A stretch of DNA of 64,000 nucleotides from Polyangiales bacterium (GCA_964202905.1 CAXNJO010000012.1:1-64000), one strand, 5' to 3'; numbered from the stretch's first letter, positions 1 through 10,109 are shown. Numbers and translations are program-made. The notes: generated by a model not told the origin, from the letters alone.

Positions 1-329
1 CGCCCCGCCTCGGCGAACTGCACCCCTGCCCAGGCCGCGCCGCCGCCCGACTCGTACTCCTTGCAGTGCGCGCCCTCGCCGACCACGACCTCGTCACCGC
101 GTCGGCAGTGCAACAGCAGCGCGAGCTGGTTCGCCATCGTCCCCGAAGGGACGAAGAGCGCGGCCTCCTTGCCGAGCAGCGCGGCCGTCTCAGCCTCGAG
201 CGCGTGCGCGCCCGGGTCCTCGCCGTAGACGTCGTCGCCCACGTCCGCCGCCGCCATCGCGCGGCGCATGCCCTCCGTGGGCCGGGTCACGGTGTCCGAG
301 CGGAGGTCGATGCGGTGCGCGGGCCTCAT
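1..329 (-). CDS. ltaE: Low-specificity L-threonine aldolase (runs off window start)
   Basis: Manual translation from ATG 329: [39 protein letters not shown]...[18 protein letters not shown]; canonical [17 protein letters not shown] and PSGTMAN motifs. Confidence 0.9.
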   Translation of the reverse strand, partial: MRPAHRIDLRSDTVTRPTEGMRRAMAAADVGDDVYGEDPGAHALEAETAALLGKEAALFVPSGTMANQLALLLHCRRGDEVVVGEGAHCKEYESGGGAAWAGVQFAEAG

Positions 330-360
330 GGGCCCGGGAGCATAGCCGAGCCGGTCACCC

Positions 361-389
361 TTGACAGTCCGCGACGGTCACGGTAAGCC
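361..389 (+). promoter_or_regulatory. Putative sigma70 promoter of the tRNA
   Basis: Perfect TTGACA (361-366), 17-nt spacer, imperfect -10 TAAGCC (384-389), just upstream of the tRNA. Confidence 0.55.
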
Positions 390-406
390 CGCGCCCTCGA
401 ATCGCC

Positions 407-478
<72 letters not shown>

Positions 479-753
479 CCGCAAGAAACCTCGTCCAGCG
501 AGGCGCCCCGCGACGACGACCGGGACGGCCTCACCGCCGACTGGTTCTGCGCGAGGGGGGACGGCTTCACGAACCGCTCCGGGGTGAAGGCACGGCTGCA
601 CGTGGGGTGCACGACGCCAGGACGCGCCACCCGGTGCAGCGCCTCCCGGCCCCGCAGCTTGGCGGAGCATGGGTGGTGGGCACCGACCGAGGGCGCGCCG
701 TCCACCCCGGGCGCAGCGCGCGCGGCACGCGCGGCGTGCGATGCTGCCGGCCC

Positions 754-1161
754 ATGGCCGACCTCGTGCTCCACAAGACCTTCCGCGCCCCGATCGATCG
801 GGTCTGGGCGCGCATCGACGATCACGCCGGCATGAGCGCGTGGATCGGCGCGCCCGTGCGCGTCCGCGGCGACGGCGCCGTCGGCACCGTCCGCACGATC
901 GGCGCGGGCTTCACCTTCGACGAGACGATCGTCGAGCGCGAGGCCCCGCACCGACTCGCCTACCGCATCACGCGCGGCGTGCCCGTCACGCATCGCGGCG
1001 AGATTTCCCTCACCGAATCGGCTCCCGGCACCACCGAACTGCGCTGGACGATCGCGATGACCTCGCGCATCCCGCTCTTCGTCCCCGTCCTCGCGCGCGT
1101 GCTGCGCTTCTCGCTCACCGGCGCGCTGGTGAAGCTCGCGCGCCTCGTCGAAGCGGGCTGA
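754..1161 (+). CDS. SRPBCC (START-like) family protein
   Basis: MADLVLHKTFRAPIDRVWARIDDHAGMSAW...GAVGTVRTIG...FDETIVEREAPHRLAYRI pattern; ~135 aa. Confidence 0.8.
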   Translation: MADLVLHKTFRAPIDRVWARIDDHAGMSAWIGAPVRVRGDGAVGTVRTIGAGFTFDETIVEREAPHRLAYRITRGVPVTHRGEISLTESAPGTTELRWTIAMTSRIPLFVPVLARVLRFSLTGALVKLARLVEAG

Positions 1162-1185
1162 CCGTCACGGACCACGAAGGCGCGA

Positions 1186-1248
1186 GACGGACAGCCGGCT
1201 GGCTGTGACGGACAGCCGGCTGGCTGTGACGGACAGCCGGCTGGCTGT
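1186..1248. repeat. 3 x 21-bp perfect tandem repeat, each unit a small hairpin
   Basis: GACGGACAGCCGGCTGGCTGT x3; internal ACAGCC-GGCT-GGCTGT inverted repeat; lies between convergent genes. Confidence 0.9.
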
Positions 1249-1262
1249 CCGCGCGGCGGCCG

Positions 1263-2954
1263 TCAGTCGCGGACCAGACCCACGACGACGGCGCCGGAAT
1301 CGCCCGTGTCCGTCGGGGCGAGCGTGCGCCCGCGGAGCTCGCGCGCGATGCAGGCGACGCGCTCGGGGGTCGGGGGCACGGGGCCCTCCGGGCCGACTTC
1401 GAGGACCTCCCCGGCGGCGCTGAGCCGCAGCTCGAAGAGCTCGGACTTCTGCAGCTCACCCGGCGCCGGCGCCTCGAAGCAGCGCGCGAGCCGGCCGCGC
1501 AGGGGCGCGAAGCGCGCGCGGAGCACGGACTCGGCGAGCACGCCGTGCGTCGTCACGAGGCTCAACTCGACGCGGGCGCCCTCGGCGGCCCGGGGCGCGT
1601 CGCCCTCACCGACCTCGGGAGCCGCGGCGTTCGGCTCAGCCGGCAGGGGCAGCGGCGCGAGCACCGCACCCTGCGGGGCGACGTCGGCGTCGGGCTGCGC
1701 CACGAGCAGGAGGGGCAGAAGCACGCCGCGCCCCCCGTCGTCCCGCGCGAGCACGCGGCGTTGGGCGTCGCTGAGCGCCGGGATGGCGGGCGGCGGCGCG
1801 GCGGGCCGGCGAAGTATCCAGGCGCCGACGACGACGAGGAACGCCGCCGCGAGCGCCGCGAGCGCGCCGACCACGAGCGTCGGTACGGCGAGGCCAAGCC
1901 CGTGCTGCAGCGGGCCGAGAACCGCGGGCCGCGCGTCCGGCGGCGGCGTCGACAAGCGCGCGGCCGCGGGGGCGCCGGGCATCGCGGGGCCGTCCGGCAC
2001 CGTGGCGCCGAATGCCGCCGCCGCATCGCCGGAGACTGCCAGGCGCGCGCTCGCGGGCGCGACGGGCGGGCGACTCGCGCTGCGGCCCGCGACCGAGGCC
2101 TCGGTGTCGACGAAGCGCGCGAGGGCCGCGCGCATCTCGCCTGCGGAACCGAAGCGGGACTCACGCAGCGGCGCGAGCGCGCGCTCGACGAAGGCCGCGA
2201 AGTCCGGATCGAGGCCGGGCACGCGCCCGGCGAGCGGCTCGAACGCGCCGGCGAGCACGCGGCGCACGGTCTCTGCCGGGTCCTGCACCCAGAAGGGCGG
2301 TGCGCCCGCGAGGCAGCCGTACATCACGACGCCGAGCGCGTAGAGGTCCGCGCGGCCGTCGATCTCCTCGCCGCGGAGCTGCTCCGGCGCCATAAAGCTC
2401 GGCGTGCCGATGACGTCGCCCGCCTGCGTCAACTTGATGGGTGAGTCGCTCAGCTTCACGACGCCGAAGTCGAGCACCTTCACGACGTCGCGGACCCCGG
2501 CGACGGAGGTGAGGAAGATGTTCGCGGGCTTGAGGTCGCGGTGCACGATCCCCGCGGCGTGCGCGGCCCCGAGCGCGTCGAGCGTCTGCCACGCGATGAA
2601 CGCGGTGCGCCCCGGGTCGAGCGCGCGCTCGCGCCCGAGCACCTCGGAGAGCGGCTCCCCCTGCAGCAGCTCCATCACGAGGAAGGGCGGCGCGCCCGCG
2701 GGCTCCACGAAGTCGGTGACCTGCACGACGTGCGGGTGCTCGAGTCCCCCCGCGGCCCCGGCCTCGCGACGGAAGCGCTCGAGGATGCGCGGGTCGTGCG
2801 CGAGGTGCGCGTGCACGACCTTGAGGGCGACTTTGCGATCGAGCCGCGTGTCGGTCGCACCGTACACGACGCCCATCCCGCCCCCGGCGAGCCGCCGCTC
2901 CACGCGGTAGCGGCCGCCGAGCACCGCGCCGCTCAAGTCCTGATCGCCCGCCAT
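1263..2954 (-). CDS. Membrane-anchored Hanks-type Ser/Thr protein kinase
   Basis: GGGMGVVY, VALK, HRDLKPAN, DFG, GTPSFMAPE motifs; TM helix; extracytoplasmic C-terminal domain; start reassigned to ATG 2954 (MAGDQDLS). Confidence 0.92.
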   Translation of the reverse strand: MAGDQDLSGAVLGGRYRVERRLAGGGMGVVYGATDTRLDRKVALKVVHAHLAHDPRILERFRREAGAAGGLEHPHVVQVTDFVEPAGAPPFLVMELLQGEPLSEVLGRERALDPGRTAFIAWQTLDALGAAHAAGIVHRDLKPANIFLTSVAGVRDVVKVLDFGVVKLSDSPIKLTQAGDVIGTPSFMAPEQLRGEEIDGRADLYALGVVMYGCLAGAPPFWVQDPAETVRRVLAGAFEPLAGRVPGLDPDFAAFVERALAPLRESRFGSAGEMRAALARFVDTEASVAGRSASRPPVAPASARLAVSGDAAAAFGATVPDGPAMPGAPAAARLSTPPPDARPAVLGPLQHGLGLAVPTLVVGALAALAAAFLVVVGAWILRRPAAPPPAIPALSDAQRRVLARDDGGRGVLLPLLLVAQPDADVAPQGAVLAPLPLPAEPNAAAPEVGEGDAPRAAEGARVELSLVTTHGVLAESVLRARFAPLRGRLARCFEAPAPGELQKSELFELRLSAAGEVLEVGPEGPVPPTPERVACIARELRGRTLAPTDTGDSGAVVVGLVRD

Positions 2955-3050
2955 CGCGGCGGACGATACCGCGCACGCCCGCCGCAGCGCGCGCAAAACG
3001 CACGCGGGGTGCTGGACCGGCGCCGGGACCGGAGTGAACATCCACGCCCG

Positions 3051-4133
3051 ATGAGCGCCACCGACGTCCCCGCCCCTGCTCCACCCGTCGTCGTCCGCGG
3101 CGAGGCGAACTACGTGCCGCCGGAGCACCCAGGACCGCTCGAGGGCTTCGCCCGGCGCGTGCTCCTGCAGGACCCGCGCGACTGGCCGCTGCTCTCGCTG
3201 AACCTGCAGATCAGCGCGGTGCTCGTGCCCTTCGCGGTCTACCTCTTCCTGCCGGGGGCGTTCCGCTGGTGGCTCGCGCCGATCTACCTCGCGCTCGTCT
3301 TCGGCGTCTTCGTCGACCGCTACATCCTGATGCTCCACAACGCGAGCCATCGCCCGCTCTTCAAGGCGCGCTACCGGTGGTTGAACCACTGGATCGTCTG
3401 GCTGCACGGGCCGCTCATGGGCGAGACGCCGGAGACGTACGCGGCGCACCACATCGGGATGCACCACGTCGAGGGCAACCTCGCGCCGGACCTCAGCAGC
3501 ACGATGCGCTACCAGCGCGACAACGCGCTGCACTTCGCGCACTACTACCTGCGCTTCGTGACGGTGGGGATCGTCGAGCTCTGCGCGTATTTCGTGAAGC
3601 GGAAGCGCTACCAGCGTCTGCGCCGGATGCTCGCCGGCGAGTTCGGGTTCTACGCGTTCGCGGGCACGCTCGGCGCGCTCGTGAGCTGGCAGGCGACGCT
3701 GGTGGTGCTCGTCGTGCCCTTCGTCGCCGTCCGCTTCCTGATGATGTGCGGCAACTGGGGGCAGCACGCCTTCGTCGACGCGGCGACGCCCGAGAGCAGC
3801 TACCGCAACAGCATCACGTGCATCCACACGCGCTACAACCGCCGCGCGTTCAACGACGGCTACCACATCGGGCACCACCTGCGCGCCGCGATGCACTGGA
3901 CGGAGATGCCCGGCGAGTTCCAGAAGAACCTCGCGAAGTACGCGGCCGAGCGCGCGCTCGTCTTCGAGGGGATCGACTTCTTCCAGGTGTGGGCGCTGCT
4001 CATGCTCCGGCAGCACCGCCGCCTCGCCGCGCGGCTCGTCTCGCTCGACGGGGTCGAGCGCAGCCTCGACGAGCGCGTCGCGCTGCTGCGTGAGCGGCTG
4101 CGCCCGATCGCGCCGCGGGCGTCGGCCGCCTAG
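3051..4133 (+). CDS. Membrane fatty acid desaturase family protein
   Basis: His boxes HNASH, HHIGMHH, HIGHH; hydrophobic segments; start ATG 3051. Confidence 0.85.
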   Translation: MSATDVPAPAPPVVVRGEANYVPPEHPGPLEGFARRVLLQDPRDWPLLSLNLQISAVLVPFAVYLFLPGAFRWWLAPIYLALVFGVFVDRYILMLHNASHRPLFKARYRWLNHWIVWLHGPLMGETPETYAAHHIGMHHVEGNLAPDLSSTMRYQRDNALHFAHYYLRFVTVGIVELCAYFVKRKRYQRLRRMLAGEFGFYAFAGTLGALVSWQATLVVLVVPFVAVRFLMMCGNWGQHAFVDAATPESSYRNSITCIHTRYNRRAFNDGYHIGHHLRAAMHWTEMPGEFQKNLAKYAAERALVFEGIDFFQVWALLMLRQHRRLAARLVSLDGVERSLDERVALLRERLRPIAPRASAA

Positions 4134-4801
4134 AGCACGAAGCCCGAGAGGTCCGCGACCACGCGCTCGGCGCCGGTCGCGCGGAGGGCCTCGAGGTCGT
4201 AGCTGCCCGTCGCGACCGCGACGATCTCCGCGTCGATGGCCCGCGCGGCGGCGACGTCCCTCGGCGTGTCGCCGATCACCACCACGCGGCAGGCCGCGCG
4301 CGGACGCCCCGCGACGGCGGCGCCGCGCTCCGCCCCGGCGCGCAGCAGCGCGGCCCGATCCTCCGCGTCGCAGCCGAACCCGCCGAAGCGGAAGGGCGCG
4401 TCGATCGCGGCGTGACGCAGCTTCGCGAAGGCCCCCTCGCGGACGTTGCCGGTCCCGAGACCGAGCGCGACGTCCTCGCGCGCGGCGAGCTGCGCGAGGA
4501 GCGTCGGCACGCCGGGGAGCACGCGGTGCGCATGCCGCGGGAGCGCGTCCGGAAGGTGCCGCAGGTAGGCGGCGACGAGCGCGTCGAGGCGCGCCTCGTC
4601 CGGTGACTCACCCGCGACGCCGAGCCCCTGCCGCGCGATCGCGCGATCGGTCATGCCGCCGAAGGAGAAGTCCGCGCACGCGTCCGGTCGCCCGCAGAGC
4701 TCGGCGAAGGCCGCCTGCATCGCTGCGCGCCCAGCGCCGCCCGTCTCGAGGAGGGTGCCGTCGATGTCGAAGAGCACGACGGTGGGGCGCGGGTCAGGCA
4801 T
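4130..4801 (-). CDS. HAD-superfamily hydrolase (phosphoglycolate phosphatase-like)
   Basis: LFDIDGTL motif I, TGN motif II, IGDTPRD motif IV. Confidence 0.88.
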   Translation of the reverse strand: MPDPRPTVVLFDIDGTLLETGGAGRAAMQAAFAELCGRPDACADFSFGGMTDRAIARQGLGVAGESPDEARLDALVAAYLRHLPDALPRHAHRVLPGVPTLLAQLAAREDVALGLGTGNVREGAFAKLRHAAIDAPFRFGGFGCDAEDRAALLRAGAERGAAVAGRPRAACRVVVIGDTPRDVAAARAIDAEIVAVATGSYDLEALRATGAERVVADLSGFVL

Positions 4802-4891
4802 CGCGGCCGCAGCGTAGCCCGCGGCGACGTGCAGCGGGCGGAGGATCGCGCCGCGCCGACGCGGGCCCCGACGCGGCGACGTGCGGCGCGG

Positions 4892-6115
4892 TCAGCCCGC
4901 GATCACGCCGGCGGCGGCGAGCGCGTCGATCGCGGCGTCGTCGAGCCCCAGCTCGCGCAGCACCTCGCGCGTGTGCGCCGAGCGCGCCGGCCCGGCCCAG
5001 CGGGTCTGGCCGGGCGTCTCCGTGAGGCGCGGGAACATCGCGGGCAGCGTGTAGGCGACGCCGTCCGACTCCGCGCGCTCGAAGAGCCCGCGCGCCGCGA
5101 AGTGCGGGTCACGCAGCATGGCGGCCGCGTCGTGGATGGGCCCGACGGGCACCTCCGCGGCCTCGAGCGCGGCGAGGACGTCCGCGGCGTCGCGCGCCGC
5201 GGTGAAGGCGCAGATCGCCGCGTCGATCACGGGCTGCGCGGCGACCCGCGCGGCGTTGCCCGCGAGGCCGGGGTCATCGGCGAGGTCGTCACGCCCGATC
5301 GCGCGCATCAGGCGCCGGAACACCGACTCGCCGTTCGCGCCGATCACGACGCGGCGCCCGTCGCGCGTGGGGTAGGCGTCGCTCGGCGCGACGCCGGTGA
5401 TGGTCGTGCCCGAGGGCCCGCGCACGACGCCCCGCGCGGCGTAGTCGGGGATCACGCTCTCGAGCATCGCGAAGACGCTCTCGTAGAGCGCGACATCGAC
5501 GACCTGACCGCGGCCCGTCGCGTCGCGCACGCGCAGCGCGAGCAGCACGCCGAGCGCCGCGTGCAGGCCCGCGAGCGTGTCGCCGAGGCTGAGGTTCGCG
5601 CGCACGGGCGGCTCTCCGGGGAAGCCCGTGAGGTGCCGCAACCCGCCGATCGCCTCCGCGATCGCCGCGTACCCGGGCCGCCGCGCATACGGCCCCGTCT
5701 GGCCGAAGCCCGAGACCCGCGCGACGACGAGGCGCGGGTTGTCGGCGAGGAGCACCTCGGGACCGAGGCCCCAGGCCTCGAGCGTCCCGGGGCGGAAGCT
5801 CTCGACGAGGACGTCCGCGCGCGCCGCGAGCCGCCGCGCGATCGCGCGCCCCTCCGGGCGCCGCAGGTCGAGCGAGACGCAGCGCTTGTTGCGCGCGAGG
5901 CTCCGCCACCAGTACGAGGTGCCGGCGTCGTCCGTCTCGCGCCAGGTGCGGAGCGGATCGCCCGTGCGTGGCTCCTCGACCTTCACGACGTCCGCGCCGA
6001 AATAGCCGAGCAGCGCAGCCGCTGTCGGCGCGGCGACGAGCTGCGCGAGTTCGAGCACGCGCACGCCCTGGAGCGGCGCCGGGAGCGCAGGCGGCGGAGG
6101 CGTCGGGCCGGTCAC
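4892..6115 (-). CDS. CaiB/BaiF family III CoA-transferase
   Basis: PLQGVRVLEL, GADVVKVE, RNKRCVSLDL, ESFRPG, VSGFGQTGPY motifs. Confidence 0.92.
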   Translation of the reverse strand: MTGPTPPPPALPAPLQGVRVLELAQLVAAPTAAALLGYFGADVVKVEEPRTGDPLRTWRETDDAGTSYWWRSLARNKRCVSLDLRRPEGRAIARRLAARADVLVESFRPGTLEAWGLGPEVLLADNPRLVVARVSGFGQTGPYARRPGYAAIAEAIGGLRHLTGFPGEPPVRANLSLGDTLAGLHAALGVLLALRVRDATGRGQVVDVALYESVFAMLESVIPDYAARGVVRGPSGTTITGVAPSDAYPTRDGRRVVIGANGESVFRRLMRAIGRDDLADDPGLAGNAARVAAQPVIDAAICAFTAARDAADVLAALEAAEVPVGPIHDAAAMLRDPHFAARGLFERAESDGVAYTLPAMFPRLTETPGQTRWAGPARSAHTREVLRELGLDDAAIDALAAAGVIAG

Positions 6116-6203
6116 GCGCCGCAACGTAGCGCAGCGGAGCCCGGGGCGATGCGCGCGCGCCCACGCGCGGCGTCGAACCGCCAGGACGGACGCGCAGCGT
6201 CGC

Positions 6204-6938
6204 TCAGTAGATGCCGACCTTCAGGTCCGAGAACCACTGCAGGAAACGCGCGACGTCCGCGCCCCGGTAGATCGCGCCGTGCTGCGGACAGAGCAGATCG
6301 ATCGGCAACTTGGAGACGCGGTCGATCCACGCGCGCTTGGCCTCGTTGGAGCCCATCCAGCGCTCATGAAAGGCATGCGCGTAGCGGATGTGCCGGTCGA
6401 AGTCCTCGACGTAGAGCCCCTCGCGGTCGGGCGGGAGCAGCGCGGCGCCGATGTCCCCGGTGAAGAGCACCCGCGCGACCGGGTCGTAGAGGTGGAAATT
6501 TCCCGACGAATGGAGGTAGTGCGCGGGGACGGCCTCGAGCGCGAGGCCCGCGAGATCGAGCGTCGCGCCCTGATCGGGGATGGCGGCCATCGTCTGACCA
6601 TCCCCGCCGAAATGCGGGATGAACGTCGTCCACAGGCGGCTCGCGTGGCAGCGCAGCGTCGGGTCGAGCTCGAGCCAGAGGCCGAGCGACGAGATGACGT
6701 CCGGGTCCTGGTGGCTCGCGAAGATGGCGCGGATCGTCCGTGGGTCGACGACGCGCCCGAGCGCCGCGAAGACCGCCGGGAAGATCTCCGAGCCGCCCGG
6801 GTCCGTGAGCAGCGCCTGCCCGGCGTGCTCGACGACGTACTCGTTGGTGTCGATCACGTGGCCGGGGCGCTCGGGGTCGCGCGCGACGACGATCCAGCGG
6901 TGCGCGCCGCGCTCGAAGATGACGTGGGCTTTCTTCAT
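6204..6938 (-). CDS. ODP-type (oxygen-binding di-iron) metallo-beta-lactamase-fold protein
   Basis: DPGG, SHQDPD, AHYLHSSGN, LFTGDIG, PQHG motifs; stand-alone ~245 aa with no flavodoxin domain; next to chemoreceptor genes. Confidence 0.85.
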   Translation of the reverse strand: MKKAHVIFERGAHRWIVVARDPERPGHVIDTNEYVVEHAGQALLTDPGGSEIFPAVFAALGRVVDPRTIRAIFASHQDPDVISSLGLWLELDPTLRCHASRLWTTFIPHFGGDGQTMAAIPDQGATLDLAGLALEAVPAHYLHSSGNFHLYDPVARVLFTGDIGAALLPPDREGLYVEDFDRHIRYAHAFHERWMGSNEAKRAWIDRVSKLPIDLLCPQHGAIYRGADVARFLQWFSDLKVGIY

Positions 6939-6960
6939 CGGAGGGTCCCCTTCGGCGCGT

Positions 6961-7626
6961 TCATGTGAGGTTCCCGGCGAGGCGCGAGAGCTCCCGCAGC
7001 GAGGGTCGAAGCCCCTCGATCGCCTCCTCGAAGCGGCGCGCGGCCTCGGCGAGGCGCTGCCCCTCGAGCCCGGCAGCGGTCGTCTCGAGCTTCGCCGTGC
7101 GGGCGGCGGCGAGCGCGTAGGCGGACGCATCGTTCACGACGTCGAGGCGCCCGGCGAGCGCGAGGCGCAGCACACGGAGCGATTCTTCGGCCGCGGCGTC
7201 GTGGGCCTCGGCGGCGCGGATCGCCGCGGCGAGTGGCGGGGAGGCATCCCCGCCCGCACCGTGCTCCCCGGCGCGCCGCAGGGCTGCGCTGCGCCGGCGG
7301 CGTACGGCGACCCCGGCGAGCAGCGTCGTGAGCGCGTCGGCGAGTTGGTCGAGGGGCCGCACGGAGTTCGCGAGGGTGTCGCCCGTGACCCGCAGGTCGG
7401 CCGCCACGACGGCGAACCCCCGCGCGGCGTGGCCGGCGCGCAGCGCGCTCGCCATCGTCCCGACGCTGAGAAGCTTCATGTCGCCGCACGTCTCGACGAC
7501 GCGCTTCACGCACTCGCGGAGCGTGACCGCGTCCCGCAGGCTCGCACGCATGCGCTCGACCTCCAGAGCGCGTCGAACGGCAGGAGCCGCGCCCCGCTGA
7601 AGGTCCCCGGCGGAGGATTCGACCAT
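6961..7626 (-). CDS. Small soluble degenerate MCP-signalling-domain-like protein
   Basis: KLLSVGTMASALRAGHAARGFAVVAADLR resembles the MCP tip [29 protein letters not shown]; helical, no TM; start uncertain. Confidence 0.65.
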   Translation of the reverse strand: MVESSAGDLQRGAAPAVRRALEVERMRASLRDAVTLRECVKRVVETCGDMKLLSVGTMASALRAGHAARGFAVVAADLRVTGDTLANSVRPLDQLADALTTLLAGVAVRRRRSAALRRAGEHGAGGDASPPLAAAIRAAEAHDAAAEESLRVLRLALAGRLDVVNDASAYALAAARTAKLETTAAGLEGQRLAEAARRFEEAIEGLRPSLRELSRLAGNLT

Positions 7627-7709
7627 CCCGCCGCGGCAGGCCGGCGTCCCCGAACGTGGGGGGTCAAGTCCGGCGGTGACCGGCCGTTCGGTCCCGGCGG
7701 AGAACCACA

Positions 7710-8105
7710 GTGCCCGAGCGCATCCTCATCGTCGACGACTCGGTCATCGCGCGCCGCATGCTGCGCCAGGCCCTCGAGAGCGGGGGCTACGTCGTCGACG
7801 ACGCCCCGAGCGGCGAGGTCGCCCTGACGAAGCTCGCCGCCGCGCCGCTGCCGGCCCTCATCGTCTCGGACGTCAACATGGACGGGCTCAGCGGCCTGCA
7901 GCTGCTGGCCCAGCTCCGCGAGCGCTGGACGCGGATCGACCTGCCGGTGCTGATGCTCACCACCGAGGGCAGCGTCGAGATGCGCGGTGAGGGGCGCCGC
8001 GGCGGCGCCAACGGCTGGATCGTCAAGCCGTTCGATCCCCCGACGCTGCTCGGCCTCGTCGACAAGGTCATCCAAGGGGCGAAGGCGCTCCGCGAGGGCG
8101 CTTGA
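7710..8105 (+). CDS. cheY: CheY-like single-domain response regulator
   Basis: ILIVDDS, SDVNM, MLTTE, WIVKPF motifs. Confidence 0.9.
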   Translation: MPERILIVDDSVIARRMLRQALESGGYVVDDAPSGEVALTKLAAAPLPALIVSDVNMDGLSGLQLLAQLRERWTRIDLPVLMLTTEGSVEMRGEGRRGGANGWIVKPFDPPTLLGLVDKVIQGAKALREGA

Positions 8106-10105
8106 GGAACGACGACGACATCGCGCTCTTCCAGGAAGAGGCCGCCGAGCTGATCGAGGCGCTCGAGTCGGGCCTCCTCGAGCTCGAGCGCGAGCGCTCG
8201 GACGACGTCATCAACCGCGTTTTCCGCGCCATTCATACGATCAAAGGAGGCGCGGGCCTCGTCGGCCTCGACGAACTCGCCTATTTCTCCCACGAGGTCG
8301 AGCACCTCATGCAGCACGTCCGCGCGGGCGACGTCGAGCCCGCGGAGGACGTGATCGCCGTGCTCCTCGGCGCGACGGACCTCGTCCGGATGTTCGTCGC
8401 GGAGAACATCCCCGAAGAGTCCGCGAGGCGGCCCATCCTGCGGGGCCTGCACGACGTGCTCGCGCACCGCGGCCTGAAGCCGGCGAAGCCGCTCGAGCTG
8501 CCTGGTCGCTCCTCACCCGCGCCGGCACCCGCCGCGAGCGCGCCTGGCACGCCTGCGCGGCCCTCCGCGGGCCCGCGCGCCGCCGCCGATCAGGACGTCC
8601 CGGTCTACTCGGTCATCCCGCCGGAGGGGACCCCCGACGCCGCCCGCGCGAAGTGGGGCTTCCTCTTCAAGACCGGCACGCTGCCGCCGATTCCGCACGA
8701 CCCCAGCGAGCCAGCGCCGGAAATCCCGACCACCGCCTCGCTCTTCGACGCGCTCGGGCCGTCCCGCGCGGCGCCCGACGCCCCGCGCGCGGCGACGCCT
8801 CCCCCGGCGCCGGTGACCTCCGCCGGCATGCACCCAGCCGCCGAGCCGGTGCGCGCCGAGGAGCGCAAGCCCGCCGAAGTGCACGAGCCGCGCAGCGAGG
8901 CAGGCGCGGCCACGGTGCGCGTTCCCCTCGAGAAGCTCGACCGCCTCGTGAACCTCGTGGGCGAGTTGGTCATCGCGCAAGCCACGGTCGCGCAGCTCGT
9001 CAGCCAGGTCGACACGAGCCGCGTGCCCGCGCTCGTCGAGTCGATCGGCGTCATGGAGCGCCACTGCCGCGAGTTGCAGGAGCGCGTTCTCGGCGTGCGG
9101 ATGCTGCCGATCGAGACGGTGTTCGGGCGCTTCCAGCGGCTCGCGCGCGACCTCGGCGCCTCGTGCGGCAAGCGCCTCGAGCTGACGCTCGAGGGCGGCG
9201 AGACGGAGCTCGACAAGACCGTGCTCGAGAGCATGACCGACCCGCTCACGCACCTCGTGCGGAACGCGATCGACCACGGTCTCGAGACGCCCGCCGAGCG
9301 CGTCGCGGCCGGCAAGCCGGAGCTCGGGCACCTCGCGATCCGCGCCGCCCAGAAGAGCGGCACCGTCCGCATCGACGTGTCCGACGACGGCCGCGGCCTC
9401 GACCGCGACCGCATCTTCGCCAAAGCCGTGAAGCAGGGCCTCATCGACCCCGGCGAGCCCATCGACGACGCGTCGGTGTACTCGCTCGTGTTCCGGCCAG
9501 GCTTCTCCACCCGCGACGAGGTCTCGAGCCTCAGCGGGCGCGGCGTAGGGATGGACGTCGTCAAGAGCACGGTGGAGCGGCTCAAGGGGAGCGTCGGCAT
9601 CCTCACCGAGGCCGGCCGCGGCACGACCTTCCGCATCACGCTGCCGCTGACGATGGCGATCCTCGACGGCCTCGCCCTCGAGATGGGCGGGCAGGTGTAC
9701 GTCCTGCCTCTCGTCGCCGTGGTCGAGTCGGTCCGCGTCAGCCCCCAGCAGATCCGGCGCGTCGCCAACCGGCAGGAGGCCGTCGAGGTGCGCAGTGAGT
9801 TGCACCCGCTCGTGCGGCTCGCGGACGTCTTCGACGCCCACGCCACCTCCGACGACGCGACCCGCGGCATCGTCGTGATCGTGGACGACGGCGCGCGGCG
9901 CTACGCGCTCCTCGTCGACGACGTCGTCGGCCAGTACCAGGTCGTCGTCAAGAGCCTCGAAGCCAACTACGGGCGCGTCGCAGGGCTCTCTGGCGCCACC
10001 ATCCTCGGTGATGGTCGTGTCGCATTGATCCTCGATCCCCTGACCCTCGCCGAGGTCGCGCGTCACAAGGCGCGCGCCGCGGCCCCGGCCGACGCAGCGG
10101 AGTGA
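8102..10105 (+). CDS. cheA: Chemosensory histidine kinase CheA
   Basis: HPt FRAIHTIKGGAG; LDRLVNLVGELVI; HLVRNAIDHG; DDGRGL; SGRGVGMDVV; C-terminal CheW-like P5. Confidence 0.96.
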   Translation: MRNDDDIALFQEEAAELIEALESGLLELERERSDDVINRVFRAIHTIKGGAGLVGLDELAYFSHEVEHLMQHVRAGDVEPAEDVIAVLLGATDLVRMFVAENIPEESARRPILRGLHDVLAHRGLKPAKPLELPGRSSPAPAPAASAPGTPARPSAGPRAAADQDVPVYSVIPPEGTPDAARAKWGFLFKTGTLPPIPHDPSEPAPEIPTTASLFDALGPSRAAPDAPRAATPPPAPVTSAGMHPAAEPVRAEERKPAEVHEPRSEAGAATVRVPLEKLDRLVNLVGELVIAQATVAQLVSQVDTSRVPALVESIGVMERHCRELQERVLGVRMLPIETVFGRFQRLARDLGASCGKRLELTLEGGETELDKTVLESMTDPLTHLVRNAIDHGLETPAERVAAGKPELGHLAIRAAQKSGTVRIDVSDDGRGLDRDRIFAKAVKQGLIDPGEPIDDASVYSLVFRPGFSTRDEVSSLSGRGVGMDVVKSTVERLKGSVGILTEAGRGTTFRITLPLTMAILDGLALEMGGQVYVLPLVAVVESVRVSPQQIRRVANRQEAVEVRSELHPLVRLADVFDAHATSDDATRGIVVIVDDGARRYALLVDDVVGQYQVVVKSLEANYGRVAGLSGATILGDGRVALILDPLTLAEVARHKARAAAPADAAE

Positions 10106-10109
10106 CCCC

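Noticed and set aside
481..753. ORF or ncRNA downstream of the tRNA
   Set aside because: The candidate ORFs overlap the tRNA or lack coding-like composition, and no recognisable RNA motif was found.
1186..1248. Palindromic repeats as a CRISPR array
   Set aside because: Units abut with no spacers, only three copies, and no cas genes in the window.
3051..4133. Desaturase as the output of the che operon, by analogy with M. xanthus che7/des7
   Set aside because: It is separated from the operon by four oppositely oriented genes and is not in the same transcription unit; nothing in the sequence supports a link.
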